DNA of 63,970 nt, filler included, from Octopus bimaculoides (taxonomy: Eukaryota), in NCBI RefSeq assembly GCF_001194135.2. It is 6 parts of 6 records of this genome, joined end to end, with 100 filler letters (N's around TTAATTAATTAA, not from the genome) between each part and the next. Parts side by side here need not be neighbours in the genome. Positions count along the whole stretch, not along the records: positions 1 to 11,739 come from NC_068985.1; positions 11,840 to 20,035 come from NC_069008.1; 4 more parts are not named here. One strand, given 5' to 3'. The position numbers and the translations under genes were made by a program. This document shows, one piece after another, positions 1 through 12,654 of this stretch. The notes beneath the pieces were generated by a model. That model was not told where the DNA came from and did no database searches. It saw nothing but the letters and a program-made list of their open reading frames with translations. Within the stretch, counting starts at the first letter, position 1. Each line of letters begins with the position of its first letter.

Positions 1-58
<58 letters not shown>
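1..58. repeat. (GA)n microsatellite
   Basis: Pure GA dinucleotide run. Confidence 0.98.
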
Positions 59-60
<2 letters not shown>

Positions 61-285
61 AGTCATATGGTTTAATGTTTAAGGAGATGGAGAAACTAGT
101 TTCGTTTCGCAGATAGAGCGATGCTTTGCGTTCTTCACTGTCAAAAATGAATAATCCTGCAACGCACCAAAGTTCCGTAGGGAATTGACAAATATACAGT
201 ACATAATACGAGACACTGAGTTATGAGCCTATGTCCACTGAATTTCTTTGTTCTTCATATGTATGTTTGTGTGTTAATGAATGCA

Positions 286-1144
286 TGCGAGGTCTGATCA
301 ATAAGTCTGAGGAGTGTTGTCATAGTAACGAATCTAAAGGTAGCAGAGTGAAGCCGCTTCGTGAAGATTGAACTTGAATTCTATTGGGCATGTGCACTAA
401 GTTTTAACGTTCTAGCTCATGTGTCCGGTGCTCAAAGCAGTGCTTGTAATGAATGTGTGTAGCGTGTGATTGTCGCATTGAACATGACAGAGTAAGTTGT
501 CAAGGCGATACTTGTTCAGAAAGTTGCTGAAAGTTAATGGAGAGGGGTGTATGAGCTACACAGAAATGAACGTGTGGTTCAGACGTTTGTAAGGTGGCCA
601 AAAAAATTCGATATTGATAAGCGTTCTTGGAGACGACTAAACCGGTAGAACTGAAAAAAAGCATCGCAGTTGTGCGTGGAGATGTGACGGTAAATCATTC
701 AGTCACCAGCGTGAGTTATCAGACCATGTGCAGATTAGTTACGATTAAGTTCAGTCCATTATCACTGAAGATTTGGATATAAGACGAGTGTCTGCCAAGT
801 TTATCCCAAAAGTGCTTTCAGTTGACCAAAACGACACTTCGATTTCAGTTGCACAATATCTCCTTGTTTGTGTCGAGAACGAGAGAAACTTTTGAAATCT
901 TTGGCATACATTTGATGCAGATTCTCTGCTTAACTTTCTCTGTGGTCGTCACATTGTCAATGCGACGATCACACGCTACACGCCTTTCCAAGCAATGCTG
1001 TAAACAGCGATGTAAGCCCGAAGATTAAAATTTAATGGACATGCACAACAGGGTTCAAGTCCAATCCGTGCCAAGCAGCGTTACTCTGCAGGCTTCACCT
1101 TCATTATTATAGCAACAGTCCGGATACTTATTGATCGGATTATG
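286..1144 (+). mobile_element. Degenerate, internally deleted mariner-like DNA transposon
   Basis: Left end tgcgaggtctgatcaataagt..gagtgttg. The right end 1075-1140 is its imperfect reverse complement. Internal translation ITEDLDIRRVSAKFIPKVLSVDQ matches the mariner linker (R.VSA.WVP..L), with stops and frameshifts around it. Confidence 0.8.
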
Positions 1145-2774
1145 GAAATGCTTGCACGTGTATATCTACACCAATATAACCTTGAAGAATTAGAAATCAG
1201 TTCTAATGATTATGGGTCTTCTCCAATGTAGAATAGAAAAGGAGTTCCTGTGAAGCTATCAAAATAGCACCAGAACATTTTTGAATTATATAACGATATT
1301 GTGATTCTAAAATTCAATGTTTTTCAGGAAGGAAGTGAGGCATAACTAAACATTAGCGCATTAAATAATGTAGTTGGTGGTTTATTAGCGTAATAACACA
1401 ACACATATTACAACATATAATGTATTCATGCATACACATATGTATGTTTATGTACACACACGCATATACACACGCATATATATGTGTGTGCGTGTGTGTA
1501 TATACATACGTACAGATACATATATATATATATATATGTATATGTGTATGTGAACATAAACATATATATGTATATGCGTATGTGAACATAAACATATATA
1601 TGTATATGCTTGCTTGGTTGATATATATATATATATATACATAGATATATAGTAGGAGGATTACTCTATGACAGCATCTGTAAAGACCGTGTTATATAAT
1701 TATGTGTGAATGTGTTTTTTGTGTCTGTGTCTGCGTGAGAGAATGTGTATGAAAAAAATCATTGCTAATATATTTTTATGGATTATGTATTATGTTCATG
1801 ATTATCATTGTAATACCTATATTATGCTATATTATTTTCACTTTAGGAAATGTTGATGTAAATATTTTCAATCACGTATAAATTGTGCAAGGTGAACGTC
1901 TCATTATTTAAGTTGAGAGTATAATCTTTGATGGAAACCTTTGGAATAAAAAAAAATAACATCTAATTAAGTTATACATAGATACTCAAAGAATAAAATA
2001 GTTTTACGCAAAATCGAATTATGCAAATAATTCTGTATAATATGTCCCTTTTTATTATGATTCATTTCAAAAGATTTCTTTCTTATAATTATGATTTACA
2101 AAATTGCAAAATTTTCTGTGCTGCATCGTCGAAAATATATCTACAGTCAAAGAACATGCGTATTTGAAAAAGTCGAGAAATGCTCAGATACGATCCCCAA
2201 TCGAAGACATCTTTCTTGTCCGACGACAACTAATGTAGTTTTGATAAAAAAATATGTTGAGCAAAATACGCAGATCGTTAAAGTGTGTGTATGTATATAT
2301 TNNNNNNNNNNNNNNNNNNNNNNNNNNNNNNNNNNNNNNNNNNNNNNNNNNNNNNNNNNNNNNNNNNNNNNNNNNNNNNNNNNNNNNNNNNNNNNNNNNN
2401 NNNNNNNNNNNNNNNNNNNNNNNNNNNNNNNNNNNNNNNNNNNNNNNNNNNNNNNNNNNNNNNNNNNNNNNNNNNNNNNNNNNNNNNNNNNNNNNNNNNN
2501 NNNNNNNNNNNNNNNNNNNNNNNNNNNNNNNNNNNNNNNNNNNNNNNNNNNNNNNNNNNNNNNNNNNNNNNNNNNNNNNNNNNNNNNNNNNNNNNNNNNN
2601 NNNNNNNNNNNNNNNNNNNNNNNNNNNNNNNNNNNNNNNNNNNNNNNNNNNNNNNNNNNNNNNNNNNNNNNNNNNNNNNNNNNNNNNNNNNNNNNNNNNN
2701 NNGAGATTGTGCTTGCGTTTTTGGGTGCATTTGTGTGCGTCTTTTTCTCCCGTCCAATCGCACCCCACTTATCA

Positions 2775-2920
2775 GTTGACAACCGAGGTTGGTGTGTTTA
2801 CATCCTCGTAACAAAGGGGTTCGGCAAAAGAGACCGATAGAATAAGTTCCGGGCTTACAAAGTATAAGTACTCTTGTGAATTTCTTCGACTTAAGGGCGG
2901 TGTTACAGCAAGACCGCAGT
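2775..2920 (+). mobile_element. SINE family A, 3' fragment
   Basis: ttgacaaccga..tggtgtgtttac..ttcggcaaaagagaccgatagaataag matches the tail of the full copies at 14700 and 40618. Confidence 0.8.
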
Positions 2921-4653
2921 GGAATAAAAAAAAATATATAAAAACTTCCTAGTTTACGAGGGTGACGTGGAAACTGTGATGTCATCATTTCAGATGGTCA
3001 CACGTCCCCTCAAGATGCAACCGCACTTATGTTACAAATTACCTCACGAAGCATTTTTGCAGTTACTTTGAAATACGTTTTATAGTTTGTTTTTAATCGA
3101 ACTAGTATTCAGTAAATATTAAAGATTATAGTGTTTGCTGAAAATAATTCGTCTCAACAGTATATACCCACATATCTATTTGAACCGTCAATGACAAATC
3201 TAGACTTATATGTTTACCGATTAAAGTATATTACTCCAAAATTCAAAGTGATCTATGACATTATTTAGAAAAGAATTGCGATAATATAAAAATTTGAAAG
3301 ATTACCTTGTAATTATTATCATTCGAGAATCTCTTTTGTCACAATATTGAAAACGAATAAAGAAAAGAAAGATGGAAAATAAAGAAATTTATTCCGTGTT
3401 ATCAGTATTTTAAGAATATGTTTCTTCTATTCATTCTCACACAAGATAGGTATTTTGTGAAGACGTTCTATGTAGATTTATAACTTAAAACATTACTTCT
3501 TGCTAACTCTCTCCGCACTCATACATTCACTCAGTGACATAAACTCACGCACACACACGGATATACACACACATACATACTCACACCCGGCAAATAATGT
3601 ATTCTCCGCTTTTTTTCAACCAGTTCTTTGTTAATGTTTCCACAGCATCATATTTTCTTCGAGAAGTTGCTTACAGATGCTGTTACTATCTTATCACTTT
3701 ATTCCAACACAATTGCATGTATGAGAGTTACTGTCTCCCGACAGAGATGCCAACACACCATGTAGCAGCGCATTTGTTATTCAACATTCACCCACGCAGC
3801 GGATGTTTCAAGTATTCCAAGTTCACGTTGACATTTAGAACTGAGCATGGATGTGAAACCTACATTGGTAAACGCCTCCACAATGTCGATGTTGGAAATC
3901 TCCTCCTGTTATTTGAAGTTTTCTGATCTGACACCACATTTAAGGTTCTTCAATACATGGTGTTACTAAAAACATGTTGCCTTGCATTTGAACACTAGGC
4001 TGTACTCTAAACATAACATTGGTGCATTACGAATACAGCGGAGTGGGAGTGCTAAGCCGTGATAAGTAACATTCCAACTTACCTACGGTGATCCGCCGTA
4101 TAGCGCTGCGAGTCAACGAACGGTGACTGGAAAAGCATAAGAGAGGTAATCTTTTAATTCAGCTCGTAGTGTCGTCTGCTTAGTGTTCGTGCCGATGAGG
4201 AGATAACTACTCCGAAATGCTAGCATCTCACGGTCAAGGTAGATAGCGCTGCGAGCTGGTATATGTGTATACACATCATTTATCAACAAACAAAATGTAT
4301 TTTCCCTGACAAAACGTAGCGAGTCGCTTGTTCATAAAATGCATTCAGTGCCTCAAGTACATTCGGACTAATAACATTGATTTACGAGTATCATAAATCT
4401 ATCCTTTTTTTGTTTGTTTATACTTTAATGCTTTCTTTACTAGTTTTCACAAGATAGTGATGCCTTGACGATGATCGACTTGAGTTCTGCTTCAAGCTGT
4501 TTTTGAGAATTGCACCAAGAAACAGAAATGTCTCATATTAACTCTCGGCTTTCTTTGATTCCTTATGTAAATATAGACTAAGCAGCCTGTGAGAACTAAT
4601 ATGATGAAATGTTATAAGAATCTTTTCAAATGTGTGGGAGAGCTTTCTGCAGT

Positions 4654-5289
4654 ATTTTAGGGAATAGATGCATAATTATCAAAGAGTAAATTACTGCTGA
4701 CTAAATTCTTTCCGTTTCACTTGAGACTAAACTTCCATATAGAAAAAAAAATGTGGAATTACAGAAACTGCGTGAAAGTCTAATGCAAGAACTGAGTTTT
4801 AAAAATTCTTTTGTAACAACAGTGTAAAGCTAATTATCAAAACATTCATGAGAACAAATCCTTCATGCCTAACTCTCTTTGTCACTTGAAATTACTTGAA
4901 ACTGGTTGATCCGTGTATTATCATGAAAAGAAAACCCCTTTCATTGAATATTTTTAAAAATCAGTCCTTTTCGTTTGGTACAAAACTGAAGAGATAGAGT
5001 GGCTAAGAGAATCCTTGTCATTATTCCACAAATGGAAAAGTGAAAATATGATGTATTTGGTGGGACTCTTGATGTGAAAAGTTTTCAACATAAAGTGAGA
5101 TTAGAAGATAATTAGCTTTACACTGTTGTTACAAAATAATTTTAAATCTCAGTTCTTGCATTAGACTTTCACGCAGTTTCTGTAATTCCACATTTTTTTT
5201 TCTATATGGAAGTTTAGTCTTAAGTGAAACGGAAAAATTTAGTCAGCAGTAATTTTCTCTTTGATAATTATGCAACTATTCCCTAAAAT
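4654..5289. mobile_element. Fold-back/MITE with ~183-bp terminal inverted repeats
   Basis: 4654-4837 is the reverse complement of 5107-5289 with about 8 differences. Termini read ta-GGGAATAG...CTATTCCC-ta. The ~270-bp core is non-coding. Confidence 0.9.
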
Positions 5290-5704
5290 TGTCACGGTCA
5301 TTTTCAATGTACAGTTTAACAATTTGGTTTAAATGTACACCTTATCCCCGAAGTCCTACCATTAAATACGGGGAATGGAAAGTTAAAGGTTGGCTTGGAT
5401 ATTTACACTACTTAACACACAATACAACGTTTTGCGTATGCAGTGCCTGTTGGCTGCCTTGCACTAACGTTGAAAAACATTTGGTAGTAAGGTGTTTCGT
5501 CTTGTCGCGCTTGTCGAGACATGACAAGAAGGCATAATATATAGTGCAGATGTAGTTCGCCCCGAATGTGTTTTTTTTTTTTTCAATAATTTAATGTGTA
5601 TTTTATCAAGGCGGTCTACATCTGCTCAGTTCTGTCATACATAATTCTTGCTGGTTTGGAATTTTACGGTGAAGTAATCACGAAATATACTGGAGAGGAT
5701 TTTG

Positions 5705-6445
5705 ATGGCCAAAAGACGATTTGGCAGTGGAGAAAGCGCTAATCAAACAAATGCTGATGATTCGGTAAACAAATTTATGTGCAATCTGTCAGAATCAATA
5801 AGAATATCAAGTAGTATGCCAAAGAAATATAAATTGAAAATCAACGGTTGAAGAAATCTGATTCGTAAACAGACGGTCAATATTCAAAAGAAGCAAACGT
5901 CGACAGCTATATATATATGCACTTCTAATCATACACACTGAACGACATTGAGTTGGCGAATCTTCTTACCTGGACAGTCAAATCACACACAAACAGGCCC
6001 ACTGGAATAAGAACATTACACAGTGTGAGAGGCTAAAAATAACTTTTGCCATGTTACGCGATCATCATTGTCAAGTAACTGTCGTGTACATTCAGTATGA
6101 ATATTTTACGACATGTTTTGCTATTAAACTGGAAGGATTAATGGGAAAAAGTATCATTTTCCAACGACTACAGTAGAAGGGAAAAATGAGAAAAATGTCA
6201 GGCCAAACGATAAAAAATGTAGCGGCTGACCCGCATAGTCAAAATAATATATGAACCACATTGAAATGAAATTCTCAGAGAAAGGTGACCATGAATTGTT
6301 TGGTGCAATGACACTGAGGCATGCAGTAGATTAAGTATACGTATTTCTTTGCAAAGTTGAGTCGAGGATCATGGGTAAAAAGAAAGTTGGCCAAATCAGC
6401 AACCGTATAAACTATGCGGAAATAAATTGACTTGGATAGTACCAA
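5705..6445 (+). pseudogene. Highly decayed Tc1/Tc3-like transposase
   Basis: Frameshifted pieces MAKR..DLAVEKALIKQM, IKLEG.NGKKYHF and FGAMTLRHAVD*VYVFLCKVES are collinear with Tc3 (N-terminal HTH; KFNLDGPDG..YYW.DLRKE; VWGAFT...LEIQFVSSKMNS). Confidence 0.45.
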
Positions 6446-7601
6446 GATATATATATATATATGTATATATATANNNNNNNNNNNNNNNNNNNNNNNNNNN
6501 NNNNNNNNNNNNNNNNNNNNNNNNNNNNNNNNNNNNNNNNNNNNNNNNNNNNNNNNNNNNNNNNNNNNNNNNNNNNNNNNNNNNNNNNNNNNNNNNNNNN
6601 NNNNNNNNNNNNNNNNNNNNNNNNNNNNNNNNNNNNNNNNNNNNNNNNNNNNNNNNNNNNNNNNNNNNNNNNNNNNNNNNNNNNNNNNNNNNNNNNNNNN
6701 NNNNNNNNNNNNNNNNNNNNNNNNNNNNNNNNNNNNNNNNNNNNNNNNNNNNNNNNNNNNNNNNNNNNNNNNNNNNNNNNNNNNNNNNNNNNNNNNNNNN
6801 NNNNNNNNNNNNNNNNNNNNNNNNNNNNNNNNNNNNNNNNNNNNNNNNNNNNNNNNNNNNNNNNNNNNNNNNNNNNNNNNNNNNNNNNNNNNNNNNNNNN
6901 NNNNNNNNNNNNNNNNNNNNNNNNNNNNNNNNNNNNNNNNNNNNNNNNNNNNNNNNNNNNNNNNNNNNNNNNNNNNNNNNNNNNNNNNNNNNNNNNNNNN
7001 NNNNNNNNNNNNNNNNNNNNNNNNNNNNNNNNNNNNNNNNNNNNNNNNNNNNNNNNNNNNNNNNNNNNNNNNNNNNNNNNNNNNNNNNNNNNNNNNNNNN
7101 NNNNNNNNNNNNNNNNNNNNNNNNNNNNNNNNNNNNNNNNNNNNNNNNNNNNNNNNNNNNNTATATATATATATATATATATATATTATATTTGCATTCA
7201 TGCGAGCATACCCAGAGACACACATGTATGCATATGTCAATGAATGTATACATCCATACTATACATACATGTATTAATAGGCATTTGTTCGTATTCGTGT
7301 CCGTGTGTGTATGTGTGTATGTGGGTGTTTACAGATATATGTGAGCTTGTTTACGAATACGTATATAATATTATGTATGGGACTGTATTTTCTCTATAAA
7401 AATGTATATACATTATAGAATAATCCTTGAGAAATATAACCGTATAGATAATTATGCATCAATATATACACATTCACATATAGCAAGAGTATGGTTATAC
7501 ACGCATTTACATTTATCTGTGCGTATCTTTACCTCTGTTTATGGGTATGTATACATATATGCATACATACATACACGTTTGTGCATGTATAAAGAGTGAG
7601 T

Positions 7602-7660
<59 letters not shown>

Positions 7661-9020
7661 TGATTGTGAGAGTACATGGGAGATATTTACTGTGTGTATT
7701 GCAGATGGAATTATGTACGCGTTCCCGTAAGTATATGCGTTTATAATCTATCGTTGTAAAACAAATTATTTTTTCTTTGAATCGTACGTGTTACTTGGTC
7801 GTAAGTTCACTTCATCGACATTCAGTGGGATGCCTTCTTGAATTATTTCAATACGGAATTATAATAAGCATGCACGTATCAATAAAAAAAAAAATATTGT
7901 TAAAGAAATTATGCCGAAAATAACATATGCGGCAATACACATAAATATATAATTCACTGTGTACATGGTGCTGCATTCTTATCTGTATATATGTCAGGTT
8001 AGAAGCAAAATATGTTTCCTCTTTCCATCATTCACAGTAAAAATAAATCGTGTTTCATATACGTAATAGTAATATATTTTATAAGAAAAGAAAATCAGAA
8101 TAAAATGATGCATATTTATTTTCACAAATCATACCGCGTCTGTATGGACTTGATTACACTTTTTCATATATAATTTTTGAAATATAACGAAAATAATATT
8201 TTGCTATTCAATTCAGAATTCTGAAACATGCTATATTTCAGGTGATGTGTGATGCCATCTTTTTGATAAAATCACGTTTAAAACAAATGGTATTATTATT
8301 AAACATTTCCCATGTGAAATATGCATATGATAAAGTGGTTTATTATCATGAAAGATTTATGTCAATGTGCACGCAAATATATCAACAGGCGTATACACAC
8401 ACACACACACAATTCACGTGCATACTCTTCTTCAAATACATATATATATGCAACAGCATGTATATGTATATTTAGAAATATAGCTCTATGTGAATAGCCA
8501 TACTTTTAAAGACACACACAGAGATAAAATTGGAATAAAAATATCACTAAGTTCTTCTCAAGCCAGTTCCAGTCGATAACAAAGCGACAAGACTTTTTGA
8601 CAGAAAAGATTTCTAGGTGTTTGTAAATATGTAGTTCAGTGGTCATGTTGTTTGCGCTTTCGATATATACACCCACGTTTGTGTGCATGTTTCCACCAAA
8701 TGAATCTCAGATGGAGAAAATTCGTAAAGTGTTACAAATCTTTCCTGTGCCACTAACGGATTGGATTTGGAAAATCTGCGAGTGTATGTTGCTGTATGTA
8801 TGTATGTATGTATGTATGTATGTATGTATGTATGTACACGCATCGAATGTTTGCTCTAAATTGGGCGGTGATTTACAAACATCCAGCTATCTATCTATGT
8901 ACCTATCTATTTAATTAGCTATCTTTCTATCTATCTTTCTATTTACCTATCTCCCTTTGTATCTACCTATCTATCTATCGATCTACCTATCTTTTTTTAT
9001 CTAACTATCCCCCTTTCTAT

Positions 9021-9090
<70 letters not shown>

Positions 9091-9093
9091 CTA
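9021..9093. repeat. (TCTA)n microsatellite (degenerate from ~8885)
   Basis: Direct tandem repeat. Confidence 0.97.
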
Positions 9094-9208
9094 TGGACAG
9101 ACGGTAGACGTGTCGGTTCCGTAAGTTTTGACTTTTTCATGTTTTAAAAAGTTTGTTTCTAAAGTTTATTTGATATAGAAAGTCGTATAACAAATTGTAG
9201 ACTCTCTG

Positions 9209-11400
9209 GTGCAAGTTTTTTGCGACGGAAATCTGCCCTGTGTGGCACATTTCCAGGATATAAAAATCAATTTCGGCTTTCTAGCCATTTTTTTTGAGAC
9301 GTCTTGTAGCCATGAAAATGTTTGTGAAACGAACGCTGCATTTTGCAGTGTTTCGTTCGAAAAAGAATTTCCTAGTCTTCCTTCCTCACAGTTAAAGGAG
9401 AGAATGGAGAAAAAGAAAAACTCTGCTGCTACAGCAGTCTTGCCTGCCAACGTAACCAGTGACGACGACAACAACAACAACATCAACAGTAGCAGCAGCA
9501 GCAGCAGCAACAACGAGGACACAAATATCCTTGCTAACAAAACCACTGTCCTCACTACTGATACCACCACTACCGCCACCACCACGACAACGAACTTTGC
9601 CGAGGCTTTGAAGCCTAGGAAAAGAATTTTGAATATATCGAAAGAGAAATTACTTGCATGCAAAAGCATGCTAAGTAAAAAGGACGTTACAGTCCATCTT
9701 CAAACGCCCGCGGACTTTAAGATAAACATCGATGAAAAAAAGCTATCATCTACAGAACCATTAATCTAAAGACAAAGACAGTGGAAAAATTCACCCAAGA
9801 ATATGTTGAGAGGTGCTTAAAGCCGATTTGGTCTAACAAAACTTACATAACGAGAGGTTTGAAATTCGGAACGATAGAGGTAAGACTAGACAGCGAGCAG
9901 CGAGCGAAGGATCTCTCCACTAAGTCATTACAACATGAGAACCTGCTCATGATCCCTACGTACCTTGGTCGTAGAGTTACGAAAATAAAAATTTGGAATG
10001 TGCCTCCTGAAATTGAGGAAGAATGGCTAGTATCTGCCATATGTCTAGGCATAGAGGAGGAGATAAACATATTAGAAGCATCTGCCGTTTGCAATCAAAN
10101 NNNNNNNNNNNNNNNNNNNNNNNNNNNNNNNNNNNNNNNNNNNNNNNNNNNNNNNNNNNNNNNNNNNNNNNNNNNNNNNNNNNNNNNNNNNNNNNNNNNN
10201 NNNNNNNNNNNNNNNNNNNNNNNNNNNNNNNNNNNNNNNNNNNNNNNNNNNNNNNNNNNNNNNNNNNNNNNNNNNNNNNNNNNNNNNNNNNNNNNNNNNN
10301 NNNNNNNNNNNNNNNNNNNNNNNNNNNNNNNNNNNNNNNNNNNNNNNNNNNNNNNNNNNNNNNNNNNNNNNNNNNNNNNNNNNNNNNNNNNNNNNNNNNN
10401 NNNNNNNNNNNNNNNNNNNNNNNNNNNNNNNNNNNNNNNNNNNNNNNNNNNNNNNNNNNNNNNNNNNNNNNNNNNNNNNNNNNNNNNNNNNNNNNNNNNN
10501 NNNNNNNNNNNNNNNNNNNNNNNNNNNNNNNNNNNNNNNNNNNNNNNNNNNNNNNNNNNNNNNNNNNNNNNNNNNNNNNNNNNNNNNNNNNNNNNNNNNN
10601 NNNNNNNNNNNNNNNNNNNNNNNNNNNNNNNNNNNNNNNNNNNNNNNNNNNNNNNNNNNNNNNNNNNNNNNNNNNNNNNNNNNNNNNNNNNNNNNNNNNN
10701 NNNNNNNNNNNNNNNNNNNNNNNNNNNNNNNNNNNNNNNNNNNNNNNNNNNNNNNNNNNNNNNNNNNNNNNNNNNNNNNNNNNNNNNNNNNNNNNNNNNN
10801 NNNNNNNNNNNNNNNNNNNNNNNNNNNNNNNNNNNNNNNNNNNNNNNNNNNNNNCGAAACAGCACCAACACCACCAACAACAAAATCAACCCACACTAAA
10901 ATAGACCCCAATACCCTTCCCCTCCCACCCTCCGATTCCTCCGACATGTCAGATGAAGATGACACAGAGGCTTGGCAAGTGGCCACGGGGGGTACAATAA
11001 AAAGGGGGAAAAAGGAACGGAAAAACAAACAAACAAAGCGGGGAGGTTTACTAGCCCCGAAACCAACACATCCACAGAAAACAAAAACACCAACACAAAC
11101 GCACCAACACAGAACCCCACAACATGTTTGACAGCGATAAACACAAACAATCCAGACTAATGAAATTCATTAGGTCAAACACTAACATAACAGATAATGA
11201 CACGAAAACAAGCAATCACCCACGCACAACACCACCACAACACATCAAAATCATACATGTAACACGGAGCACATACAATACACTGAAAACTCTCTACCCG
11301 GATACAGTAGGGAGATTCCAGAAATATTCATAAAAAAAACTCTACAAAAACCTTCTGAGAGAAGGTTGTGAGGCAAAAAGCCCAGAACTTTCGGACAGTA
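9209..11400 (+). pseudogene. LINE ORF1 (gag-like), frameshifted near 9735, partly in an N gap
   Basis: FEKEFPSLP..NFAEALKP..PADFKINIDEK/KAIIYRTINLKTKTVEKF..KFGTIEVRL..PTYLGRRVTKIKIWNVPPEI. These motifs are shared with the copies at 20.9 kb and 57.3-58.9 kb. Confidence 0.7.
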
Positions 11401-11461
11401 AGTAACACTCTCTCTCTCTCTCTCTCCTTTCGTGTGTAAAACACAAATTTACGAGTGAATC

Positions 11462-11739
11462 ATGGTGAAGATTGGCTGTGTGAATGTGCGTGGCTTGGGG
11501 TACCCTCTGAAACAAGGGTACCTCTTAAATGACATCGAGTCACACAATTTGGATATCATAGCCATTAGTGAGACCAGACTCCATGAACCAGGGGCCCTAA
11601 AGTCCATGTTTGGTGGACAGTTTAACATTTATTTTTCTCCCTGTCTGCCGGGGATGGGCGGTAGTTGCACGGCGGTTCTTTTTTCGCAAGAGTCTGGATC
11701 TCCAAGTAAAGACGATATTTACGGACCCGGAGGGTAGAC
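11462..11739 (+). pseudogene. LINE ORF2 N-terminus (AP-like endonuclease), +1 frameshift in a T run near 11680
   Basis: APE motifs NVRGL and SETRL. The DPEGR motif lies in the adjacent frame. Confidence 0.85.
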
Positions 11740-11839
11740 NNNNNNNNNNNNNNNNNNNNNNNNNNNNNNNNNNNNNNNNNNNNTTAATTAATTAANNNNN
11801 NNNNNNNNNNNNNNNNNNNNNNNNNNNNNNNNNNNNNNN
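11740..11839. other. Artificial scaffold-join spacer (44N-TTAATTAATTAA-44N)
   Basis: Exact 100-bp format with stops in all six frames, repeated five times in the window. Confidence 0.95.
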
Positions 11840-12136
11840 ATATATAATGTAAATATATATGCATACATACACATATATATGATCAGAGAGAAAGAAAGAA
11901 ACGAAAGATGGCCGATGGTCACGTGCGAGCAACGAGAGAGCAAAGGCGGAAGAGTGAGGGAGAGAGAGGGACAGACAAAGAACGCCGAAGGGAAGGGGAA
12001 AAGAAAGGATGAGAGAAGAAAACGATAGGGAGAGAAGAGGATATAAAAAGAATTAGAGAAAGGGAGAGAGAGGAAACAAAAGAGGGGAGGAAAAGAGAAA
12101 CAGAAAGAGATGGGAAGTGTCGCATCGAACTTATTA

Positions 12137-12418
12137 AGATAAAACTTACTTGGAAATGGATGCGTGGCGTTCAGTCATATAATAATGCATATATGATGAA
12201 GGGGCGTTTTTTCATGTTACTTGAATTGTTTTTCATTTGTTTCTTTCGTTGTTCGAAAAAAATGTTCGTATTCCATGTTTTCGTATTTCATGTTGTTTAT
12301 GTTCCATGTGCCCATATATGCATGTATGTACAAATATATGTGTATGTATGCATATATATTTATATATTATTTATATTATTATATGATTGAATGCCACGCA
12401 TCCATTTCCAAGTAAGTT

Positions 12419-12424
<6 letters not shown>
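12137..12424. mobile_element. MITE-like element with 50-bp inverted termini
   Basis: 12137-12186 versus the reverse complement of 12375-12424: 48/50 identical. Confidence 0.8.

Positions 12425-12498
<74 letters not shown>
12421..12498. repeat. (ATCT)n microsatellite
   Basis: Direct tandem repeat. Confidence 0.97.
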
Positions 12499-12654
12499 AT
12501 AATAATATAACATGATGATGGAAGATATTAGGCTTTGATAGTAAATCACAACATTTGTTTCTGCACTGCACGTCAGCTTTGAGTTGATGAGTTTATATTC
12601 ATATATCCTTATAGAAGCTCATTCATTATAATTATTATACAGTTGAATATGTGA

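Larger units (their letters stand above)
9094..11739 (+). mobile_element. L1/Tx1-like LINE, 5' portion (5'UTR, ORF1, start of ORF2), cut off by a scaffold end
   Basis: An ORF1-like region is followed by a pyrimidine spacer and then the APE endonuclease start MVKIGCVNVRGLG...LDIIAISETRL...TAVLF/RKSLDLQVKTIFTDPEGR, typical of Tx1-clade ORF2. Confidence 0.85.

Noticed and set aside
2140-2285. Possible mariner HTH fragment
   Set aside because: The resemblance needs a frameshift and spans under 40 codons, which is too weak to call.
3590-4000. Possible minus-strand Tc1/mariner N-terminal relic (..QRELGILETS..)
   Set aside because: There are multiple stops and shifts and no TIR was found, so it cannot be supported without a profile search.
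6285-6440. RadA/Sms-like reading of ELFGAMTLRHAVD
   Set aside because: It is explained more simply as the continuation of the upstream Tc3-like transposase, and it contains an in-frame stop.
11784-11795. TTAATTAATTAA as a biological motif (PacI or homeodomain site)
   Set aside because: It is always centred in exactly 44+44 N, so it is an assembly linker.
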